A stretch of 55,183 nt of DNA, the filler included, from Bipalium vagum (Eukaryota): assembly GCA_037834085.1 (NCBI GenBank). It is 3 parts of 3 records of this genome, joined end to end, with 100 filler letters (N's around TTAATTAATTAA, not from the genome) between each part and the next. Parts side by side here need not be neighbours in the genome. Positions count along the whole stretch, not along the records: positions 32,708 to 55,183 come from JBBMKC010221128.1; 2 more parts are not named here. The stretch is one strand, 5' to 3'. Positions 55,138 through 55,183 of the stretch are shown here, piece by piece. The notes below the pieces were generated by a model, which worked only from the letters and a program-made list of their open reading frames with translations, was not told where the DNA came from and ran no database searches. Position 1 is the stretch's first letter, and each line of letters starts with the position of its first letter. A program made the position numbers and the translations under genes.

Positions 55138-55183
<46 letters not shown>
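55125..55183 (+). repeat. (ATT)n microsatellite at the window end
   Basis: Near-perfect ATT array. Confidence 0.95.

Overview
Very AT-rich animal-type nuclear scaffold with three assembly gaps, two of which contain the artificial six-frame-stop linker TTAATTAATTAA. It holds three recognisable spliced genes with mostly tiny (~42-63 nt) GT-AG introns: a CHIC1/2 family gene (+, last exon 6.1 kb downstream), a separase/ESP1 homologue (-, hand-built model of 13 exons, 1065 aa) and a GKAP-domain DLGAP family gene (-). The remainder is a dense graveyard of Tc1/mariner, pogo and hAT DNA transposons plus gag-like and RT-like debris. It includes one full-length Tc3-like element with IR/DR ends and one full-length maT-like element nested in a hAT. 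The main finding is that the separase homologue has an intact spliced frame and keeps its structural and substrate-binding motifs, yet both catalytic residues are replaced (His->Val, Cys->Ser, at the canonical 26-residue spacing). This makes it a candidate catalytically dead pseudo-separase. All gene models and family assignments were made by eye, without database searches.
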